Assembly: GCA_008632985.1 (NCBI GenBank)
Contig: QPGO01000071.1
Coordinates: 62,001 to 126,000 of the forward strand
DNA length: 64,000 nucleotides
Origin: Psammoneis japonica
Taxonomy: Eukaryota
Direction: 5' to 3'
Below the pieces are notes generated by a model that saw only the letters and a list, made by a program, of their open reading frames with translations, ran no database searches and was not told where the DNA came from. Shown piece after piece: positions 1 through 13,768 of this stretch (position 1 is the stretch's first letter; each line of letters starts with the position of its first letter). The translations under genes and the position numbers were made by a program.

Positions 1-1279
1 AAGTAGTACCCGACGAGACGACGACCAGTCCAACCGTTACAACGCCAGATACTACTACTACTACACCCAGTCCGACTCTTGTTCCAACCAAACAAACACC
101 CGAAACGACGAGTCCAACGCTTAGCCCAACAACGCCCAATAATATGGATTCAAAAACACATGCAAGTCAAGACAATACTACCGATGCTGCTGCTGAAAAG
201 TGTGCAGAGGCAAAGACGTGTACCGAATGCAAAGCCGTCCGTTTGGATGATAATTATTTATGTGCCTGGAAAAATGATACGAATGATTTGTATTCTTGTC
301 GAGTAGCAACAGCGCCCGATGAGACGACTGTCGACTGTCCAGCAGAAGCAAAAACAACAACAACCACCACGGATGCTCCCACCACGACGACACCGGCGGA
401 ATTACCAGAAACAGAGCAAAGCGAATGGACGGCCAAAAATATCTTTGTGATTATCGCCTTGTTTATTATTTTGTTTTATTTTCGAAAGCAAGCCATGGAT
501 CATGAAAATGAAGCACTCTTGGCGGCACGATTGCAGAACGCAAGACACCGACATCATGAAATGTGAGTACTATTATAAAAATGCAAAAGAGAGTGCTTTT
601 TGATTCAGGAATGTTTTTCATCTCATTCAATCTTCTCTCCTTTTTATATTTTAGTGTCCCATTGGCACTGGGAGATCCGGACAATGATGATTGGGGATGG
701 GACGATCAGGCTACTACTGGTGATGTAGAGCTTGCGTCTCTCAAACAGGCCAAGGAACACGAAGAACTCCAAATGGCAATGGCCATGTCCATGTCGTCGC
801 ACGATGAAGAAACTCAACGACGAGAAAAATCACCGTCACCGGCTCGGAAACGGTCAAGTCCACGAACCGCACCCAAACCGACAGTGGCGGGTAAGTTCAC
901 AAACAAAAGAAACGAGTATGTACTGTTATGAAACTGTCTTGCGCTGACGTGTTTCTTCTCTCCGTTTTTGTTGGTAGTACCACCACGAAGGACCAAACTA
1001 CCCACGCCACCATCTTCAATGAGACCACCTGTGCAAGGAGGACGAACAGTTGCAAAGCCAGTCGCAAAACCAAAGCCTCCACCAAGAGAGGATGATATAT
1101 TTGCCACAATGGGTTTGTCGGCTGCTCCTACCTTTGCCAAAAAGCCTGCCGCTTCTGCGCCTACTACTACAACTAGCAACACCTTGGCTGCGGCGGCTGA
1201 TTTTGCTACTTCATCATCACAAGCGGAAGATGAATGGGGAGATGATGCGGATTTGGATGATTTGCTTAATGATGAATGA
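1..1279 (+). CDS. 5'-truncated spliced type I membrane protein: Thr/Pro-rich and Cys-rich ectodomain, one TM helix, cytoplasmic tail with UIM-like helix
   Basis: Frame is open from base 3. Introns 563-654 (GTGAGT..TTAG) and 891-977 (GTAAGT..GTAG) join ORFs 144-566, 563-931 and 968-1279 in frame. TM segment IFVIIALFIILFYF; UIM-like EHEELQMAMAMSMS. Confidence 0.7.
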
Positions 1280-1404
1280 GCTGGAGGTAATAATTGTAAG
1301 AAAAGAGGTATTGGGTACACGTACGCTTTCTTAGAGACTTGTCTACAGTATCATATAGGTTTCTTTAGATTGAGAGCGAGAACATGCGTTTAACAGCCGT
1401 GCGG

Positions 1405-2007
1405 TTAAACTTCCAGATCTAAGTCTAAATCAAGCAGCTGTTTCATTTCTTGTACAAGAGCTGTCCCCAACGTTTCTTCGTGTTTTTCGTCTCCTGGTTG
1501 TGATCTCGTGTAAACCCAGTGGCCCGTCTTGGCATTGTATTCATACCGTCGTGGTCCAGACAAGGGAGAAGACCACCAGATTTGTTCATTGGGGGTTTGC
1601 TTATTGATTACCCACGTTCCATGACCAGGTATGCTCAGTGTTAGCACACCCGACGCTACTGTGACTTCGACATCGTCCATACCGGGCACCTCGTCAATCA
1701 TGTCTTCAATAGCGTCTTGAATTGCATCCAAGGTTTCATCCGCAACCTTATGGTACTCTCCGACGCTCTGAAAGAATCTCTTTTGGGTGGAAACTAGCTC
1801 TGTTCTTTCAAGGTTGTTAAAAAGTTGTACTACACACACCTCCTGTGGTGCTCCAATCCGTCTGGGTTGATTTCTGCCCAAGCTAGTGTTGCATCCTCCT
1901 AGTAGAGTGACGTAACAACGATGAGACGATTTTGTGGCGCGAGAAAGATTTTCTCTACCTGCTTTCTTTGTCAAAACCCGACAAGAGGAGCAGCGCGCAG
2001 TAAACAT
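1405..2007 (-). CDS. FXN: Frataxin/CyaY with mitochondrial presequence
   Basis: GVLTL..GTWVINKQTPNEQIWWSSPLSGPRRY frataxin signature; Arg/Ser-rich N-terminus from the ATG at 2007. Confidence 0.95.
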   Translation of the reverse strand: MFTARCSSCRVLTKKAGRENLSRATKSSHRCYVTLLGGCNTSLGRNQPRRIGAPQEVCVVQLFNNLERTELVSTQKRFFQSVGEYHKVADETLDAIQDAIEDMIDEVPGMDDVEVTVASGVLTLSIPGHGTWVINKQTPNEQIWWSSPLSGPRRYEYNAKTGHWVYTRSQPGDEKHEETLGTALVQEMKQLLDLDLDLEV

Positions 2008-2337
2008 GGCGCTGCCGGCGAGACGAATGCGAAAAGAGAAAGAGATGAATGAAAACAACCGGTGTGATGTACTGTATGATGCTCACAAACACAAACAACA
2101 AACACCCTTCGACTGACGAAGCATCATCATCATCGCGATCGCGCTGATGAGTTCGGCGTTCGCCCGGCGTCCGGTGTTTCGCGCAAAGTAACTCGGGGAG
2201 TTGGACGGAAGTTGGTTCAAATGAGACGAACTCAACTCAGTACTCTCCCTGCTCTAGCGTGAAGCTATGGTAGAAGTATCTGAAGCTCTCTAGCGAGGCG
2301 ATAGACTGCCAACTACTGCACTATTTGTATCATAAAT

Positions 2338-5300
2338 CTATTCTATTGCGACAACACAAACTCCAATGTTGTCTGTGCTCCCTCGCACATAAGCCTCTTG
2401 GGTCAGCATCTGCGCTGCTTCCTGAAATGCACCTCCTTCTTCCCATCTAATGCCGTGACTGGAATCATACTTTTGTACAACTAGAGATACCATGTCAACA
2501 GCTTCCTGATTTGTCATTACATCCCAGAGTCCATCTGAAGCCAACACGATGAAACAAGGACAGTCGACTCTTCAACGCTGGCTGAACGCCCGCAGAGATT
2601 CTTCAACTCGATTCGATCCATGGACACCACGTGCGGAACACGGGAAAGAACCGGAGCCAAGTTGGCATCTCCAATAGACCGGGTGACAGCTAGAGTACCA
2701 TTGACACGATCGATGCCACCCGACGAAGACACAAATCCACCACGTTGCTCTACCATCCTCTTTTCACTAGAATCACTTGCCACGTGATCAATAGTCAGCT
2801 GATTCGCCACAAATTCGTTCACTGTGGCAGTGTTGGAAGAGGACGCAAAGACGGCACGAGAATCACCAAGACTGGCAACGACCGCATTGGAATCTTGCGT
2901 GACAAAGAGGATGGTGGCAGTGGTACCACTCTGGTCCATCAAGCCCAACGGTGCAAACGAAACCGCCTCCAGGAAGCGATCGTGTATGTCGGCAAAGGCG
3001 TGGCCTATTTCCACTTCTACTTTGGCTTTCCAAGAGTCACCTCCTTCCTGCTTGATGCGCTCATCCAAGTCGGACAATTTGTCAGATATCTCTTCGTAAC
3101 ACGTTGAAGCAACAAACTTCGAAGCTAGATTTCCGGTGTGTCCGTCAAACATTCCGTAGTATTGGTGTGATGGATGGAGTTGAACCGCATGAAAGTCTTC
3201 CATTACTCGTCGACGTCCCTGAATATCACAGTATCCTGAAGTAGGATGAGCAGGAAGCATGGAGTGTGCATTGAGGCAGGTAGGCAACGTGCTTCTGTCG
3301 TAGTCACAAAACTTGCCGTGTCGACGAATGTTGGTGTGCTTATGACAAGATTGCCAGTCATCAAACTTCCGTCCACACTTTGGGCAAATGAACTCTTCAA
3401 CTGCTTGAGACGGACGAAAATCCATTCGGGGATCCAGCATTTGTGATTCGAGAGCATTGTGTTTCCCTGGAATCAACTCGCCGTTGACGGATGAGGTCGG
3501 AAAAGATTTGAAGTAGGGATGATCTAGAGCTTCGGCAGCAGTGAGCCGTTCGAGCGGATCCCAAGCGAGAAGTCCCCAAATCATGTGCAAAAGGGGATCA
3601 GCTGTAGAGTCAAATCCCAGTCCAAGTGGGTCGCGTGTCCGTAGAGCATGATGGAAATCTTGAATGGTGCATGATTTCTTCACCATTGCTGCATTGTGCA
3701 AGGGGTCGCCATGGCGTAATGGCCAGCTGTAGTTTTTTGCCTTGTCAGCAGACGGCACGTAGATACAAAATTGCGAAAAGGCTGCCAGATACAATGCTCG
3801 TTGAATCTCTTCGTCAGTAGCGCCCTCCTTGGCCATCTTGTTGGTCAAAAGGGCGGTTGTTCGTTGATCCACGGAGAAGACATTTGGAGTTCCGAGTAGT
3901 AATTCCAGTGCCAGAACACCAATAGACCAAGAGTCGTAACTTTGTGGCTTAACTTCGTGAAATGGAACCCACGTTGGGCTAAAAAGAGCTTCCGGTGGTG
4001 CGTACGTATCGGTTTGTTCCTTTGCCGAGGGCCCGTCGGCGTAGAGATTGCGATTTGTGAAGTCGTCAAAACCACTGGAGAAGTCACCCAGAACGCAATC
4101 CAACTCATTCGCATCCATTACCACCCGGTTTTTCCATTTAGAGCTGCCGCTTTTACGACCCTTGCACCTGAAGGAAGAGAACGATAGTAGGTTGAACGCT
4201 TGTCAGTGACGAAGGGTATCCGTACACAACAAGTCTCTGATAAATACTTACATAACCTGAAACACACCGACAGACAGAGCAAGGAAAGCTGCAATGAGTA
4301 ACCAGCATGACAGGCCAACCGAATTAATGCATTTCATCCTCTTACTCACATTTGATGGCTTGATATCCCTATGGACAATCCCATGTTCGTGCAGAAAAGA
4401 AGCGGCCTCAAGAATCTGCCTCAGAATGTTTCGAACGATGGCTCTACCCTCTGTTTTCGCCTCATTTGTTTCTCCTTCTTTGTCGGAATACCCAGCGTCC
4501 CTTGTTTTATTATCACCCGAAAATATACGCGTGCGATTAGATCTCTCATCGTCAAAGTCTGTGCGAAGGGCAACTGACGCTTCCTCTTCGGTGTCTGTCT
4601 CGTTGTTCTCACCCATGCGCAATCTGATCCAGAAAGGCGAATGTTGGTACATTAAAAAGTCTCCCGAGTTGACTGGAGTATACAGGTACGATCGAAGAGA
4701 TGCTCCAGCATCCTCGAATACAATCCACAATTCCAAGTGCTTCTTATTGTCCGTGACGAACGTCGATGGTGTAACCTCCCTGAAGAAATGGTCCACAAAC
4801 ACCGTGACATACTGGCTTCCAGATGCTTCTTGTCCCAGCAAGCTCCCAAAATATACCTCTCTCAAGCCAGCCTCCAACAAGGGGTACCCATGCTCCACCT
4901 TGAGCCTTTTCATAATGAGTGGTGCATCTGAGCATTTCTCATCACGATATTGTGCGTATCCTTGATTATTGTTGTGCTCGTTTGTTCTTGTAGAATCATT
5001 CCTTGGACATTTCCTTCTTGCACGCCAAACTTCACCATGAGATCCACCGGCAAAGGCATGATCTCCCATGCGCTCGTACTTGGCAGACGAGTCATCATCG
5101 TCATCGTCTCCACCTCGTTTGTGTCGAAAAAAGCTTGTCCTTCCGGACGCTAGAAACCATTGCCACCAAGCCTTTGCATTTTTCGAGTCGTCGTTGTTCC
5201 ATCCCATGACCATGTCATTTTCTTTGTGACACCTGTCGTTGTGGATCCTTGTTCATACATTATATCGTCCGTGTCTGGTGCAAACGAAGAAACGACTGGC

Positions 5301-6127
5301 CGGTACGCATAGTCAAAGGTGTGCTTTGGGATCAGCCCAACTCCATGTGAATCGGTTCCAGTATTCATAAGTTACATCTTCAATCATTGTATTCTTTGTT
5401 AGATCCGCATGGTCATCGAGTTGTACAGCATTCGTCTTTTCTCTCTGTTGCAACCTAATGCATTGTTGATGTATACTTGAAGCATAATCCCCGCAACCAA
5501 GTTTTCCTGTTCGTCGGACGAATCAAAGGAGAGTGGTTGACCAAACTCGGACACTGCCCCACTTTCTCTCAATTGTACTGCAACACAATCGTCGTCGTGA
5601 CTCTTTTCTTTTTCTTTTCATGATACTGCATCTTGTTCTGCTTCCTCTTTTTCTTGTCGAACCACACGTGCGATTCGTCTACACTGTTTCCACGATGCAT
5701 CCGTGCTGGATACCAAAACGAGCCACTCCTTGACCGGCAGTAGGTATTGCTCTTGTTTCTTTTCATTCCTCAAAACAGAATAAGCCACTTGTACGAGTGC
5801 CTGTTGAAATTGTTTATGGTGATGATCCAATTCATACAATCGCTGCATCCACCAAAATCGCCATGCCGAAATCACGTCGCTGTTATTGTTATTATCGTTG
5901 GTACTTTGGTCTTGTGTTTCCGAGAAAACATGACTCGGGCAACATAAAATCAAGAGCAAAAGACATGCAATCAGTAGAGAGTCATGTCTGGGACGCAAAC
6001 ACTTCATTCGACGTGGCCGCATTCGACTCTTGACAGCCCGAATCCTCGTCATGGTGGAAGCATCGCAGCGGGAGCGATAGAAATGCGGCGCAGGAAATGT
6101 TGCGCGCGATCTAAATCGTAAATTCAT
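2338..6127 (-). CDS. Ser/Thr protein kinase + C2H2 zinc finger + PP2C phosphatase fusion (intron and frameshifts; 5' end uncertain)
   Basis: [22 protein letters not shown] and YAPPE (kinase); [35 protein letters not shown] and GSTDN (PP2C), spread over ORFs 4248-5213, 2517-4124 and 2338-2547. Hydrophobic N-terminal segment in 5618-6127. Confidence 0.85.
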
Positions 6128-6326
6128 GTATCCAGACCTGAATTTTGCATAATTACTCTACGTGGAATTGTACTGAGTCCTACGTGGAACCGTGCGCCAC
6201 ACATCGAAATAGCTAGGATGATTCCATCCACAAATTCCCCCGCCTTTTTTTTTCTTTAGCAAAGAAACTGGGTTACCGGTACCGGCAAGCAAAGTAGAGC
6301 AAGCCATATAAGGCGTTCTAAAAGTA

Positions 6327-8301
6327 ATGTCAAAGCTTCCCGGAGATGATGCACTATTTTCGGTCCTGGACGAAATGTCCTCAACACAGCCAGGAAGCAA
6401 CAAGACAAAGGACCAAAACACCGTTGCAACTTTGACGTCTGTTTCTCACTGGAGACTCTTGCCGGAAATCGATGGATATCCGAGTGACAAGCAAATGGGT
6501 AGCTCCTGCATATGGAATCCATATATTGAGGTACCGACACCATCAAGTCCATCGTCGTCTGGTCTGCTCCTCCCTCCCACCAATCCAACCGTCGAAGTGT
6601 TTCGACGACGTGCCTTTGAAAAGTTCAAATCAAAATTTCAATCCAATTGGACTTCGATCCATACCATGGCAAATCAACAAGCACGAACAATGTAGAAAAG
6701 AAAGACAAGGACAATTTATGGAATGACTTGTCGGTTGTGACTATTTTGGAAAAGTGGCATTTTGCCATGAAGCTTCAGGAGCAATTTCGATTACGACAAG
6801 AAGGTCTACAACAGTTTGATCATGTTGGTACAGCAAGTGCTTCTCAAACAACAGCTACCGTGTTTGCTCAACTTGTAGCGAGACGACAAACACAGCTTCT
6901 GTTGGATCCCATTTTGATTTCGTCTTCGCTTCCGAACAACAACCACAACAACAACAATAAACGCCACAAGAGCGGAGACGGCCAAGACGACCATCATTAT
7001 CATCAACAGCACCCTACAACCGCGACTAGTTTTGAATTGCTCAAGCAAGAGATTGAATTGGATTGGACACGAGCGTGGCGCAAACATGTTGGGTCCAAGA
7101 AACGTGATGATGAGCTGCAGGAAGTCTTTAACTCGAATACGTTCCGAAAGCGCATCAAGAAACTTAATCGAGCCCTGCAGGAAGCCGCCTCTGAGTGGAA
7201 TCTACCTTTTGCTCCGATTTGCAAAGCCGCGTGGATCAAGAGGAACAATTGCATCCCCAAAAGCTGAAATCAAAGTCGATTCCGAAAATTGCGTTTGGTA
7301 CGGGCAAACACGGAGACATGGTGTCTGTGACTCATTTTGGACTCTCCTTTTACATTCTTGAAACACATTATGAAAAAGTTCAGCGTCTCTACGACCGTTC
7401 CCACCGACATATTGCTACTAGCAACAACAAAAACAGCAAGAGTATCAAGATGGTTTTGCGTGTGCACTCTTTTGCTTGTTGGCACGATATGACATGTTGG
7501 AGGGTGCCGGGTTGCAGTCGGGTCTGCATGGTGCCGTGTTTGATTTTCTCTTGACAGAGTTTGATTGTCGCATGGAGTGCTTTGCATCACCCCTCAACTG
7601 TCGGTACGAGCATTTTTGTTCAGCGTTTGGGGATACAGATGGATCCTTTGGTTCTGTTGGAGTTCTTTGATTACGATTTTGCTTTGCACGGTGGGTGCTA
7701 CCAGGCCAATCCGCCCTTTGTTTCCGATCTGATTCTTCAAATGATTCAAACCATGAATCGTCAAATGACCAAATCAAATACGAAACCTCTTATGTTTGTG
7801 GTGTTTGTTCCAGCTTGGACGGAAACAAATGGGTATCAAGCTCTCTTGTCGTCTGAATATCTGGAAGAACACGTTTCGCTCTCCCAAGCCAATCATTACT
7901 ATTTTGAGGGCACCCAACACCGTCGTCACGGCAAGAAATTCCGGGTTGCGTCCTTTGACACAACGGTCTTTTTCTTGCAAAATGAGACGGCTAAAACCAA
8001 ATGGCCCATTACGCGGGATGTGCTGAACGCGTTTCGTGTCGTCTTTGAAACCAACCCAAACGAGGAATCCAAGAGCGTCACTCGTAAATCATCAAAGATA
8101 TCCAAGTCGCTTGCCACTGCAAGTATAAACCAAGCCCAAATTCCAACGAATGAGGACCAGCCCGTCGCTCCAACCTCGCTCAATAATGAAAAGAAGAGGC
8201 GCAAGTCCAAAAAGCCACATAAAGGAAAGAAGCAAAAACGAAGAATCGTCTCGGATGAGAAGGACCAGTTGGATATCCTGAATTCACTAGGGCTAAAGTA
8301 A
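6327..8301 (+). CDS. PCIF1: PCIF1/CAPAM-like cap-adjacent adenosine N6-methyltransferase (frameshifted)
   Basis: LARYD..G.GLQ, ECFASPLN, FCSAFGDTD..FGS.G, ANPPF, FVVFVPAW and EGTQH motifs across consecutive ORFs. Confidence 0.85.
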
Positions 8302-8707
8302 AACGCAAAAGAAGTTGTGCTAGAGAGTGTGCCATAGTTAAGGAAGAATGCTCAGGCCCAAGCTCTTGTGTCTTCAGCCGCTTGCTCTACTAGCTAGGCT
8401 ACAGTAGAGAAAGAAGTTGATCTATTTTTATTGTTCCCCGCCGTCGTTGAGAAGGTGCCCATGCATTGTTGCGCGTTATCGCGCGCCGTTTCCCGCCAAA
8501 AAGTCTGTCTGTCTCTCGTCAGTACCGGTAGTGAATTACACCACCATCATGCATCGCGATTCTTCTTCTTCGCGATCGACCATGACGATAAACTCCAAAT
8601 CGACCGCAGTGAAAACGACGCGGCGACGACAGATACTGTGTAGTGGAGGCACGAGATCGAGAAATTCTTCAGGCAACTCCCAGACAGGATAGTATGAGAA
8701 ACCAAAG

Positions 8708-10200
8708 ATGATCAGGTTGGCTACGACAATTGGCATTGTGCTCTCGGTTAACGATGCGTGGTCGTTCAATTTGCCCGACTCTCGAACATATAGAGACATC
8801 GTCCCATTGACAAGGAGAGTGACCCACAGTGCTATTGCTGCTCCTTTATTCACAAGAAGTAGTAACATTCAACATACCGCAGTCGCACATACTTGGTCAC
8901 CGCAGGATCTTACCAAAGACTCTCCCGGATTTGAGCCAATTCCAGACGATGATTATGTGAAAAAGTACCAAGCAAATCCAGAGCTGTGGCCGGTGGAGTT
9001 CTTTGTAATTGCTTACCGCCGCGTGAAGAACAAAAACAGACAGACCGAGACGCAAATTTTGGTGCGAAAATCTGCCAATGGCACTAGCAAGTGGGGATTG
9101 GGCACTGGAGTTCCGGCAACGCGCTGGATGCTTTCGTCCTTGCCGCCCCCGCAGGGATACCAATGGTCAACTCCCCAGCTTGCATTTGACGCTAGCAATT
9201 TTCCTGAATTTGATCCGAATCAAGATACTTGGTCCTATCGTAAGATTGATATTTGCGAGGACGCCTTTCATTCAACAATCGAGGAAGAACCGGAATTAAA
9301 AGAGTACTCAAACAAAGTTTGGAATGAGTTGAAGAAGGAGATACAAGAATTAACCGACAAAGAAAACAATGCCCTCAACTTGTGGGAATCTACAAGATTT
9401 TCCGCGATCAAAGCTGTTGTAGACAAGGCGAATTGTATGGCAGCCATCCAGGGGACCCTCCGAATGAGCGGTCTGTTTGCACAAAAGAGCAAAGACCGTC
9501 GTTCCCGCCATGTAACCTTTGAATGCATCGATCCGACGCAGCTGGTGAAATCCATGAGAGTCTACACCATGTTTCCCCAAATGCCCTCCCCACTGCCACC
9601 GCCATCCACTTTACCCGAGGAACTACAAAGGGAGATTATGACACGAGAGGCCCGCATGACCCATTCGGGGAGAGACCCTCATCAAGACAGGTACGGACGA
9701 ATCTTTACCCACATATCCACCGCCAATGTCAGCAACACCATTCATGGCATCTATTTCACGGTGGACCTGACGAATCATTTGTCAGGACTGGATGACGTAC
9801 CGCCCGCATTTGATCTCTTTGGCGCAAGAGAATCCAAAGGGAATGGAAATCTCTCGAGGATCTCAAGGTGCTCCAGTCCGATGGAAGAACGATTAGCATA
9901 GAGATACAAAACCACATTTATTTCTGGATTCATTGTCCGGCAGCTTGTGAAAGAGGGAATCATTTCCATTACAGAATGATTACCAATACCCGAGTGCACC
10001 AGTTCTGGTCGTCCCAGTTTTGGGATCATAAAGCAAATACCACTGTTGAAGCACTGAATTGTCACACGCGGTTCATCACTGATACAGCTGACAAATGTTC
10101 AGCGTTTAGGTGCGCCGGCAAGGTGTGATTCCTCGATAACACCAGTCTGAATGCCACCACACTATAACTTTGATATCAAGATTGCCATTGACAGAGACGA
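8708..10200 (+). CDS. Hypothetical protein with signal peptide, possibly plastid-targeted; frameshift near 9830, 3' end approximate
   Basis: 397-aa ORF with normal composition; N-terminus MIRLATTIGIVLSVNDAWSF; no recognised domain. Confidence 0.6.
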
Positions 10201-10688
10201 GTGAACTCAATTGGAAAGGGCAAAGTCTGGACACAAGTCCAAACAGCTACCACAGCTAGACCAAACTCTGACTTCAACTGAACCTACACTATTACATAAC
10301 TCACTCCGTTTTCCAAGAATAGGCGCAACGGCATCAGAATCATTTCCCGATCTTTCGTTTACGATTCTTTGTGGAAACAGAGCGCTGATCCGTTGAAACA
10401 ACAAAGAGTGCACCGACTAGAGTACTACAAAGTGACGATTCGGTGTTCAGATAAGAAGAGGTGGAACAATAGATTGATTGATACATTTCGACGGTTGCTA
10501 TTGGGGTTTCATACTATGAGCTGCCCCAGAAACAGCAAGGTTCTTTGGGAACAGACACGCAATGGAAAAAGCACAACGGAGTCGTCCGTTACCGACAGCA
10601 CTGATATTTTTACCAATTGAACGTACAACGAAGTGCAACGCAAAACAGAAACGGCAGACGGAAAGGAAGTTTGACGTCATGTCCCGCG

Positions 10689-12450
10689 TTAGAGGCGCCT
10701 GTGCCTGCGCCTTCCTTCTCCTTCACCATGTACAGTCTCCCTCGAGCGTTCGCCTTTTCCACTGCTACTGCGATCCGTCCCGCTCCCGCCTTTTCCTTTC
10801 GATGAAGAGCCACTGCTACTGCGATGCACCCCGCTCCCGCCTTTTCCTTTCGATGAAGAGCCGCTGCTTCTGCGAACCATCCGGCTCCCGCCTTTTCCTT
10901 TCGATGAAGAGATCGTGAAGGGCATGGCAGATGGGCTGTACAACGGCATGTCCGAGGAATCATCCACCGGGGTTGGATTAAGTGACGGCACGATTGATGG
11001 GGCTATTGACGGAGAACTGGAAGGAATTTCGGGGGGGGTGGCAGGAGGGACTCTTGAGGGCACACTGGAAGGATTGCCTGAAGGAATGTCGGAGGGCATT
11101 GCAGAAGGGGCTCTTGACGGAGCACTGGAAGGAATTTCAGAGGGGAACGCAGAAGAGACTCTTGAGGGCACACTGGAAGGATTGCCTGAAGGAATGTGGA
11201 GGGCATTGCAGAAGGGACTCTTGACGGAGCACTGGAAGGAGTTTTGGAGGGGATTACAGAAGGGACTCTTGAGGGCACACTGGAAGGATTGCTTGAAGGA
11301 ATGTCGGAGGGCATTACTGTAGGCGCTTCTGATGGTCCAATGCAATCTGCAGAGGTCGGCGAGATTGTTCCAGTGTTATCCGGGCACGCATTCTCAAAGT
11401 TGCAACAATTATCAGGGTTTCTTTGGCAGGCTCCAGGTCCATTACACGAGTTGTCACCGATGGTTGAATTTATAGCGGCGAATTGTGGGTTTCGCCCATT
11501 GTCGATACAGGTATCTGCGGCAGTAACGTCTCCCGGATTACAACTCCCTGCCCCAATGGACCCAAGACCACGAAGTCCGTTTCTGTTACAGGTGCGAAAC
11601 CGCCGCCGTTGCAGCTGTTGGCTCCAATCTTGCCGAAACCCTCTTGTCCATTGCAGCACAGGTGAATTCACCACCGCTGTTGCAACTATTTGCTTCAATG
11701 ATTCCTTCTCCCTATAGCCCATTAGTTCGCAAACGGCTGCTCCCACAGCGTTGCAGCTTCCGGACCCAATCGTTCCAACGCCACCAGAGCCGTTGGCCTG
11801 GCAAGTGAATGACTCTCCACCATTGCAACTGTTGCTCTTGATGGTTCCATTTCCTTGGACCCATTGTTTTTGCACACAGATTCTCCTCCATCTCTTGGGT
11901 TGCAGCTCCCGGATCGAATTCTCCCGAAACCAGAAAATGCTCCGTTACGAAAACAGGTGTCGACACTACCACCATTGCAGCTGTCGGGCTCAATCTCACC
12001 ATCTCCATTGGAAAACCCGTTGCTTGTGCATACTCCAAGTGATCCACCTGTAGCAGCGTTGCAGCTCCTTGATCCTATCGTTCCGATGCCGTTGGAATCT
12101 CCGTTGCCGTTGCAAGAACCGGAAATACCTCCGTTGCAACTTTGGCTGCCAATCACACCTCTATTGATTTGGCAAGTGAAAGTTTGATTGACTTGATCCA
12201 ATGGTACGCACGAGCACTCGCCGATAATGTTCCCGTTGTTGATTAGACAACTATCCGGGTTCCCAGTGCCGCATGTTCCGAGACCGCCTGGGGTGATCGA
12301 AGTGCAGTCCAGCTGTGCACGGACCATCGTAATTGCTGGACTCAGCAAGATGAGAAACAAGCCGGCAACAACCATTTTGAAAGGAAGCAGAATGCGCGAC
12401 AATGAGGACGGCGAGCAACAGGTGCCGGCCGTTTGCTCTCATCTTTTCGG
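10689..12450 (-). CDS. Secreted Cys/Gly-rich (GxxSCN repeat) protein with PSxxPS stalk and SSKGKGG C-terminal repeats (frameshifted)
   Basis: Signal peptide, repeated IGSxSCNG..C units, PSSVPS repeats and three SSSKGKGGS units in ORFs 11722-12402, 11003-11875 and 10689-11345. Confidence 0.75.
10780..11320. repeat. Coding tandem repeats: three ~51-bp units (10780-10910) and ~60-bp PSxxPS units (11000-11320)
   Basis: gctcccgccttttcctttcgatgaagag occurs 3 times; cactggaagga recurs about every 60 bp. Confidence 0.85.
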
Positions 12451-12930
12451 AGAGGTTGCGAGAGGAGTGAGAATTTCGGTCTTGTCTTTTATGGCTTCGA
12501 CGTTGCAGGTAGAAACGCAACTGAACTTTTTTAGAATTTTTGATTGGCTGGCGTTTATATTAGTATCACATTTTTCAATTATATAGATTTAATATTTTTC
12601 TTCGTATATTTTATCAGTTACATAGACTATGGTGTAAAATGATGAATTTTTTGGCGGGCTACGAATGGGCGGGCGTTGAATTCGCGCCAGCCCAATCCGA
12701 ATTTTCAAAATGCCTGCGCGTCATAACCCGCGCCGCAGCATGCGCTTATCACAGCATTCTTGCGTGCCGATGAAATCTGAAAGCTGCGTTCATTGCCAAC
12801 GGGGAGGTGAGAAGTGAATGAATGAAGCAGCCACAACGTACATAAAAACACTCTCACTTAGGCAACAGCAGGGTAGCAAGCCAACAAAGTTTGTGGAGCC
12901 GTCGTGATTGAGTGATTGCCTGGAAGAGTC

Positions 12931-13768
12931 ATGAACGAAATCGTTGCGTTTGCTGCATCTCCAGAAATTGCAGCCGGAGCGTTTGGATTTGCTTTTGGGC
13001 TTGCTGCAGGGGCGTTTGTTGGGAAGAAAGGAACACGACCCAATTCTTTAGCAAGCGACCGAAATACCTTCCAGGTCAAACTCCACCACGACCATCAAGC
13101 GCCTTTGGAACGTCAAGACAAGTCTTCAATCCGTCGGAACTAACTTCATCGTACAATCTCATGATTTCTTCTGTAACTCCCAGGCCGATTGCGCTCGTGT
13201 CGAGTCGATCCAAGCCAGACAAGGACAACATCAATGCCCCCGTCGACAATGTGGCTCCCTTTTCCTATTTTGGAGCTGTTGCACATGATCCGCCCATGCT
13301 TACCATTGGTTTTGTCGTAAAGGCAAAGACAAAGTCATGAAGGATTCTCTCGTCAACATTATGGCTCGAAAAGAATTTGCTGTCAATATCATTCCGAGTG
13401 GTACTTGGACGCGGCAATCATGCGTGTGGAATGTTTCCGCCAGACATTGATGAATTGACGCGAGTGGACTGACCAAGGTAAACGATTGTGCCGTGGTGGA
13501 TGCGCCACGAGTTGGCGAAGCGGCAGTGTCGTATGAATGCAAACTGGAACATGTCTATCCCATCAAGAACGAAAAGGGTGACCCAACGACAGAAATTGTG
13601 CTGGCAAGGATTGTGAGGATTCACGTAGATGAAAGCGTTCTTGTGGAAAACTTTGATCCCGCAAAACCACAGGTGGATACCGCCAAACTTCGACCGGTTG
13701 GGAGATTGGGAGGAAACATCTATACAAGTCTCGGAGATACGGTCGACATCCCTAGGCCTAAAGTGTAA
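12931..13768 (+). CDS. Flavin reductase-like FMN-binding protein (DIM6/NTAB family; frameshifted)
   Basis: SVTPRPIALVSS, NVAPFSYF, PRVGEAAVSYEC and LRPVGRLGGNIY motifs. Confidence 0.88.

Noticed and set aside
6327..8301. PCIF1-like methyltransferase or the PhyH-like domains as the mutator enzyme
   Set aside because: PCIF1 acts on capped mRNA and the dioxygenase fusions are secretory; proximity in a eukaryotic genome is not evidence.
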